Origin: Bryobacterales bacterium
GTDB lineage: Bacteria; Acidobacteriota; Terriglobia; Bryobacterales; Bryobacteraceae
Direction of reading: 5' to 3'
DNA length: 64,000 bases
Assembly: GCA_963738375.1 (NCBI GenBank)
Contig: CAVTWL010000010.1
Span: 212,921-276,920, forward strand
Shown: one piece after another, positions 59,439 through 64,000 of the stretch
Layout: the number at the start of each line of letters is the position of its first letter
How positions within the stretch are numbered: position 1 is the first letter of the stretch
Program-made: the position numbers and the translations under genes
Notes under the pieces: model-generated
What the model was told of the DNA's origin: nothing
Database searches by the model: none
Seen by the model: only the letters and a program-made list of their open reading frames with translations

Positions 59439-59990
59439 TCAAATCATCTCGTTAAGTAGTTCGGGCCGCGGACGAGGGATCACCACTTTGTTCACCAACA
59501 GTCCCTTCCGCGCGATGGCCTGCGCCGCCGCGGCGACCGCGCTCTCCACAGCCGCCACGTCTCCGGTCAACGTCACGAAAGCTTTGCCGCCCAGCGCCAT
59601 GGCCAGCCGGACTTCGATCAACTGCACATCGGCGGCTTTGGCCGCGGCGTCCGCTCCCTCAATCAACGAGGCCACCGAGAACGCCTCCACGATGCCCAAC
59701 GCTTGCAACTGTTCCACCTTCACGGAGCCCGCAATGGCTGGAAAAATCGACTCGTGCAGGTTCGCGATCATGAAACAGTCGATCACCGAAAAGCTGCCCG
59801 CCGTGTTGCCCGAGGCGACGGCGGCCTGCACTGCGCCCACCTCACCCCGCACCATCACCATATATTTGCCCGAGCAGATGGAGCGCGCCAGCACCAGTTC
59901 CACGTCCGCCGCCTTCAGCATCGCATCGCAAACCTGGTAACCCGCCGCGATGCTGCCCATTTCGACCATCCCGATGGAATTCCTGTCCAT
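59439..59990 (-). CDS. tandem-BMC-domain microcompartment shell protein, PduT-like
   Basis: 183 aa with two BMC domains. It is collinear with Salmonella PduT as I recall it: 'SIGMVEMGSIAAGYQVCDAMLKAADVELV.ARSICSGKY' matches '[39 protein letters not shown]'. The C-terminus is 'GLLVNKVVIPRPRPEL'. The Fe-S ligand Cys position (SIC) is conserved. Confidence 0.85.
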   Translation of the reverse strand: MDRNSIGMVEMGSIAAGYQVCDAMLKAADVELVLARSICSGKYMVMVRGEVGAVQAAVASGNTAGSFSVIDCFMIANLHESIFPAIAGSVKVEQLQALGIVEAFSVASLIEGADAAAKAADVQLIEVRLAMALGGKAFVTLTGDVAAVESAVAAAAQAIARKGLLVNKVVIPRPRPELLNEMI

Positions 59991-59994
59991 TGTT

Positions 59995-61305
59995 CTATGC
60001 CACGATTTCGATGAAGTCGGCGGTTACCCGGGCCACCCGCCCGTCGATACTTGCGTGAATGCCAGCGCCCAGTTCGCCTTCTCCCATGCGCCCGATCGTC
60101 TGGCCCCGGCCTACCCTGGCGCCACGCTCCACCATCGCCGTGGCTGCCACCCCGGCGTGCTGCTTCAGCTTCACGCGCACCGCCGCCGGACGATGTTCCA
60201 AGCTGTCGTAAGGCGTATCGGCTTCGTATTCTTCCACCTTCAGGCGCTTGCGCAGCATGCTTAGCGGCACGCGCCGGTATTCCTTCATCGGGTGCGGCTC
60301 AACCGGCTTTTGCTGCACGAACTTCAATCCCGCCGCACGCCGGTCCTGCTTGCCTACATCGCATGCTTCCTTGGGATAGAGGTCTTCCGGACACGCGTAC
60401 AAGGTACACAACCCGCAGGCGCAGCAAAGCTCCGACCACTGGTTCCAGTTCTGCGCGCCCGTCAAAGTAAAGCCCAGGCTCCGCATCACTTTGTGCGGCA
60501 TCACCTCGTAACCCAGCAGATAGCGCGGGCAAAACTCGGTACAGTAGCTGCACTGGTCGCAAGCGGATTTGCCGATGTGGCTCATCTGGGCCTGCGAGCG
60601 GTCGCCGCGCGCGATCAGATAGTGTTCGCGCGGCAGTACGATCAATCCGCCCGTGGTCTTCGTCACCACATCGTCCAGGTCGAAGGTCAGCGACCCCATC
60701 ATCAGCCCGCTGACGAATACGCCGAAGTCCGCCACCTTCGATCCGCCAGCCCGCGCCAGCAACTCGCGAAACGGAGTCCCGATCGGCGCCCAGAACGATT
60801 TCGGCTGGTTCACCGCTCCCGCAATGGAAAGGAACTTCGCCGTCACCGGCGCGTCTCGCGCCGCCTGATGCACGTTATACAGCGTCTCAACGTTGTTGAC
60901 CACGCAGCCCACGTGCAGAGGCAACCCCGCGGGCGGAATCAACCGTCCGGTCGCCGCATACACCAATTCGTATTCATCTCCGGATGGGTAAAAGTCCCCC
61001 AGGGTGACGAACTCGACCCCGCTAGCCGGCGCGTGCGATTGGAGCGCATGCAGCGATTCGGAATTCTTCGACTTGACGCCGATCTTCGCAACTTGAGCGC
61101 CCGTCGCCTCCATCATGGCGAGCGTGCCCGCCACAACCTCCGCTGGAAAATGCTTCATCAGCTCGGCGTCTTTGTGGATCAGCGGTTCGCACTCGGCGCC
61201 GTTGGCAATCACGAATTCCACCCGCGACTTCGCCTTCACGTGCGCGGGAAAGCCGGCGCCGCCGGCACCCACCACTCCGCATTCGCTCAATTTGGCCGCC
61301 AGCAT
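59995..61305 (-). CDS. PduS/RnfC-like Fe-S flavoprotein (Complex1_51K + SLBB + 2x[4Fe-4S])
   Basis: It has 'GVVGAGGAGFPAHVK' and ferredoxin motifs 'CDQCSYCTEFCP' and 'CCACGLCTLYACP'. A C-terminal barrel-sandwich-like segment reads 'VRVKLKQHAG..VERGARVGRGQTIGRM'. 436 aa, intact, 4 nt upstream of the shell gene. Confidence 0.8.
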   Translation of the reverse strand: MLAAKLSECGVVGAGGAGFPAHVKAKSRVEFVIANGAECEPLIHKDAELMKHFPAEVVAGTLAMMEATGAQVAKIGVKSKNSESLHALQSHAPASGVEFVTLGDFYPSGDEYELVYAATGRLIPPAGLPLHVGCVVNNVETLYNVHQAARDAPVTAKFLSIAGAVNQPKSFWAPIGTPFRELLARAGGSKVADFGVFVSGLMMGSLTFDLDDVVTKTTGGLIVLPREHYLIARGDRSQAQMSHIGKSACDQCSYCTEFCPRYLLGYEVMPHKVMRSLGFTLTGAQNWNQWSELCCACGLCTLYACPEDLYPKEACDVGKQDRRAAGLKFVQQKPVEPHPMKEYRRVPLSMLRKRLKVEEYEADTPYDSLEHRPAAVRVKLKQHAGVAATAMVERGARVGRGQTIGRMGEGELGAGIHASIDGRVARVTADFIEIVA

Positions 61306-61371
61306 TCGTCACCCGTTACTCTAACAGCCTGCTAACATTCACGCGCTGTCAGGTCTGCTACGTTGGGGTGC

Positions 61372-62760
61372 ATGCCTACCCGCATGCGCGCTCTCCTCTA
61401 CCTGGCACTGGCATTCGCGCCGCTCCGGCTCGCCGCTCAACTCACCCCAACAGTCACCGCCAAAATCGACGCCATCGCCGAACAGGCCTTGGCCGATAGC
61501 GGAGCGCCCAGCGCCTCACTCGCCATAGTCAAGGATGGCCGAATCGCTTATTTACACGCCTATGGGAAGGCGCGCCTCGATCCCGCCACGCCCGCTCGCC
61601 CCGAAATGCGCTACAGCATCGGCTCGGTCAGCAAGCAGTTCATGGCCGGCGCAATCTTGATGCTGCTTGGCGAGGGCCGCCTCTCGCTCGATGACAAGGT
61701 GGGCAAATATCTGCCGGAGCTGACCCGCGCCAACGAGATCACCATCCGCGAACTGCTCTCGCACACCTCGGGCTACCAGGATTACTATCCCCTCGACTAT
61801 GTCGCGCCTTATATGCTGAAGCCGGTCACGGCCGGCGAAATCCTGAAGACTTGGGCGGGCAAGCCGCTCGATTTCGATCCCGGCACCCGCTGGCAGTACA
61901 GCAATACGAACTTCGTGGCGGCGGGCCGCATCCTGGAGAAAGTCACCGGTTCCGCCCTCGCCCCTTTCATGCGGAAACGCATCTTCCAGCCTCTCGGCAT
62001 GACCTCGGTGATCGACCTCGACGAAACGTCCATGGGCGATTCCGACGCCGCCGGCTACACGCGTTTCGGGCAAGGGCCCGCGCGCCCGGCGCCGCCGGAA
62101 GGGCGCGGCTGGCTGTTCGCCGCGGGCGAACTGGCGATGACCGCGCAGGATCTCGCCCGTTGGGATCTCTCCCTGATCGAGCACAAGCTCCTGGCGCCCG
62201 CGTTGTTCTCCACTATGATCGACCCCGTCCGCCTGGCGAACGGCGCGCCCACCGGCTACGCCTTAGGCGTCGGCGTTACCGATGCCGACGGGCATCCGAT
62301 GCTGCAACACGGCGGCGCCGTCTCCGGCTTCGTCAGCCTCAACACGGTGTGGCCCGATCAACGCGCCGCACTGGCCGTTTTCGTCAACATGGACGGCTCC
62401 AGCGCCCCCGGCGCCATCACGCGCCAGATCGCCCCGATCCTGCTGGCCGAAGCGGAAGATCCGCGCGCAGCGCAACAACTGGAACAGGCACGGACCATTT
62501 TCGTAGGATTGCAGCAGGGCAAGATCGACCGCTCGCTGCTCGATTCGGATGCCGATGCCTACTTCACCCCGCAAGTATTGGCGGACGCGGCCGCGAGCCT
62601 GGGCCCACTGGGCGAGCCGCAAATCTTCCACCAGAGTTCCGTCGAGCTGCGAGGCGGCATGACCTATCGCCACTTCCAAATCGAATTTAAAGGCAAATCC
62701 CTGCACCTGAGCACCTTCACCACGGTGGAAGGGAAGCTGGCGCAATATCTGATTCAGTAA
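61372..62760 (+). CDS. secreted serine hydrolase (class C beta-lactamase / PBP4*-like family)
   Basis: Signal peptide, 'SIGSVSKQF' (SxxK) and 'YSNTNF' (YxN). Confidence 0.85.
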   Translation: MPTRMRALLYLALAFAPLRLAAQLTPTVTAKIDAIAEQALADSGAPSASLAIVKDGRIAYLHAYGKARLDPATPARPEMRYSIGSVSKQFMAGAILMLLGEGRLSLDDKVGKYLPELTRANEITIRELLSHTSGYQDYYPLDYVAPYMLKPVTAGEILKTWAGKPLDFDPGTRWQYSNTNFVAAGRILEKVTGSALAPFMRKRIFQPLGMTSVIDLDETSMGDSDAAGYTRFGQGPARPAPPEGRGWLFAAGELAMTAQDLARWDLSLIEHKLLAPALFSTMIDPVRLANGAPTGYALGVGVTDADGHPMLQHGGAVSGFVSLNTVWPDQRAALAVFVNMDGSSAPGAITRQIAPILLAEAEDPRAAQQLEQARTIFVGLQQGKIDRSLLDSDADAYFTPQVLADAAASLGPLGEPQIFHQSSVELRGGMTYRHFQIEFKGKSLHLSTFTTVEGKLAQYLIQ

Positions 62761-62769
62761 AGGCAGGCG

Positions 62770-63342
62770 TTAGCGACCGATCAAAATTCCGACAGAAGCC
62801 GGCTGCACATCCAACCGTTCAATGCGATGCCCCAGTTCAAAAGGCTCTCCGACCTTGGCATTTGGGTACGCTTCGATCAGGTAATTGCGAATCAGGAAAT
62901 CGAGCAACCGCCCTTCAATGACGATGCCCGACACTTCCACCTGTTCCACATCCACCGTAGCCGTGCCGCCCGACGACCGGATCCGCGCGGTAATGGTCAC
63001 CGGACGTGGCCCATCCAAGAGGTACGACATGATGGCACCGCTCTGTTTACCCTCAGCCCGGCGCAGCTTGCCGAAATCGATCATGGCCGTTGCCGTGGCG
63101 CTTCCTGGCCCCAGTTCGAGCCGTGCATTGCGTACCCCGTCCGGCGCCACTTCCGAAACCTCCTGGAGGACATAGGCGTTCAGTTCGCCCGGCGAAAGCT
63201 CTACGCGCGAACCAGGCTTCAGGCGATCCTGCTCAATTAGCGAGACCTTGCGGACCGCGGCTTGGTAGTCCGGCGAGCCGGCAGGAATGAGCGGCGCAGC
63301 CACCAGAGCGAGCGTCACCAACAGGCGTCGGACCATATCCAT
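62770..63342 (-). CDS. secreted hypothetical protein
   Basis: Internal ATG 63342, 'MDMVRRLLVTLALVAAPLIPAG'. No motif recognised. Confidence 0.5.
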   Translation of the reverse strand: MDMVRRLLVTLALVAAPLIPAGSPDYQAAVRKVSLIEQDRLKPGSRVELSPGELNAYVLQEVSEVAPDGVRNARLELGPGSATATAMIDFGKLRRAEGKQSGAIMSYLLDGPRPVTITARIRSSGGTATVDVEQVEVSGIVIEGRLLDFLIRNYLIEAYPNAKVGEPFELGHRIERLDVQPASVGILIGR

Positions 63343-63497
63343 CAGACGTGTACGCCCGCCGCTTCGTTGCCAAAGCCGGGGCAACGCACCCAACCCAGTT
63401 GCGCAAAATCGCGCTATGAAGTGCCTTCAGCCTTTAAATCAGGTGACATACGGGATGGTGAGGGGCGTGCTGCTAGTGGAGCTGAAAGGTGGCTTCT

Positions 63498-64000
63498 ATG
63501 CATCCGTTCAGCGGGGACGTAGTCGTCTGGGAGTCCCTTGTTCTGTTGACGCTCATGCTGGTCCTGACCATCGTGCTTGGCCGGGTCTATCTGAAGTTCC
63601 GCGGCGACCGGGTGATCACTTGCCCGGAGAATCATCGGCCCGCGGGTGTCACCGTGGATACCTGGCGGGTCCTGCTGACCACCCTAACGGGCAAGCAGGA
63701 CTTACGCCTGAAAACCTGCTCGCGTTGGCCCGAGAAGGAAGGCTGCGATCAGGCTTGCCTTTGTCAGATCGAAGTATCGCCCGAGGCATGCCTGGTGCGG
63801 CACATTCTGACCGAATGGTATGCCGGCAAGAACTGCGCGCTTTGTGGGCAGCCCGTTGGCGAAATCAGGTGGGCCGATCGCAAGCCTGCCCTTCTCGATG
63901 CCAACTATCACACGGTCGAATGGCGCGACGTACCTCCAGCGGATGTGCCCGCCATCCTCGCCAGCCATCAAGCCGCTTGCTGGAATTGCCATGTCGTCAA
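63498..64000 (+). CDS. membrane-anchored Cys-rich hypothetical protein (3' partial, runs off the window)
   Basis: Read by eye (not in the track because it has no stop): 'MHPFSGDVVVWESLVLLTLMLVLTIVLGRVYLKF..TCPENH..KTCSRWPEKEGCDQACLCQ..NCALCGQP..ACWNCHVV'. Confidence 0.5.
   Translation, partial: MHPFSGDVVVWESLVLLTLMLVLTIVLGRVYLKFRGDRVITCPENHRPAGVTVDTWRVLLTTLTGKQDLRLKTCSRWPEKEGCDQACLCQIEVSPEACLVRHILTEWYAGKNCALCGQPVGEIRWADRKPALLDANYHTVEWRDVPPADVPAILASHQAACWNCHVV

Overview
High-G+C bacterial chromosomal window (G+C judged by eye, not computed). The gene content looks Acidobacteria-like: PEP-CTERM proteins, a carboxypeptidase-regulatory/TonB-type outer-membrane protein, a sedolisin and tandem MFP genes. 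That taxon is inference only. I call about 55 protein genes, 2 tRNAs (Val-TAC, Gln-CTG), one M-box Mg2+ riboswitch upstream of an NRAMP-related transporter, and a type I-C CRISPR-Cas locus (cas3-cas5c-cas8c-cas7c-cas4') with a 24+3 repeat array but no cas1/cas2.

Housekeeping genes include relA/spoT, smc, xerD, a CCA/poly(A) polymerase family enzyme, a SpoU methyltransferase and cdaA.

Observations worth a second look:
- A 13-nt copy of the crRNA 5'-handle end of the repeat sits in the cas3-cas5c intergenic region, next to a strong promoter and two perfect palindromes.
- The I-C locus lacks an adaptation module and cas4 breaks off at the leader.
- A lower-GC YopT/C58-like Cys-His-Asp protease gene lies alone between two tRNA genes.
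- An orphan PduS-like/PduT-like (microcompartment shell) gene pair is present.
- A c-di-GMP neighbourhood pairs an HD-GYP-GAF-GGDEF protein with a divergent AAA+-PilZ operon.
- CdaA is fused to a YbbR domain.
- A ketosynthase homologue lacks the Cys-His-His triad.

A strong caveat applies throughout. Frameshifts and in-frame stops are abundant and strongly clustered (9.5-12.7 kb, 21.0-21.1 kb, 22.6-28.2 kb, 31.5-33.7 kb, 38.9-39.2 kb). They hit essential genes (relA, smc), so many 'pseudogenes' here may be assembly or sequencing indels rather than biology. I did not find one clearly novel multi-gene system; the candidates are listed with what would test them.
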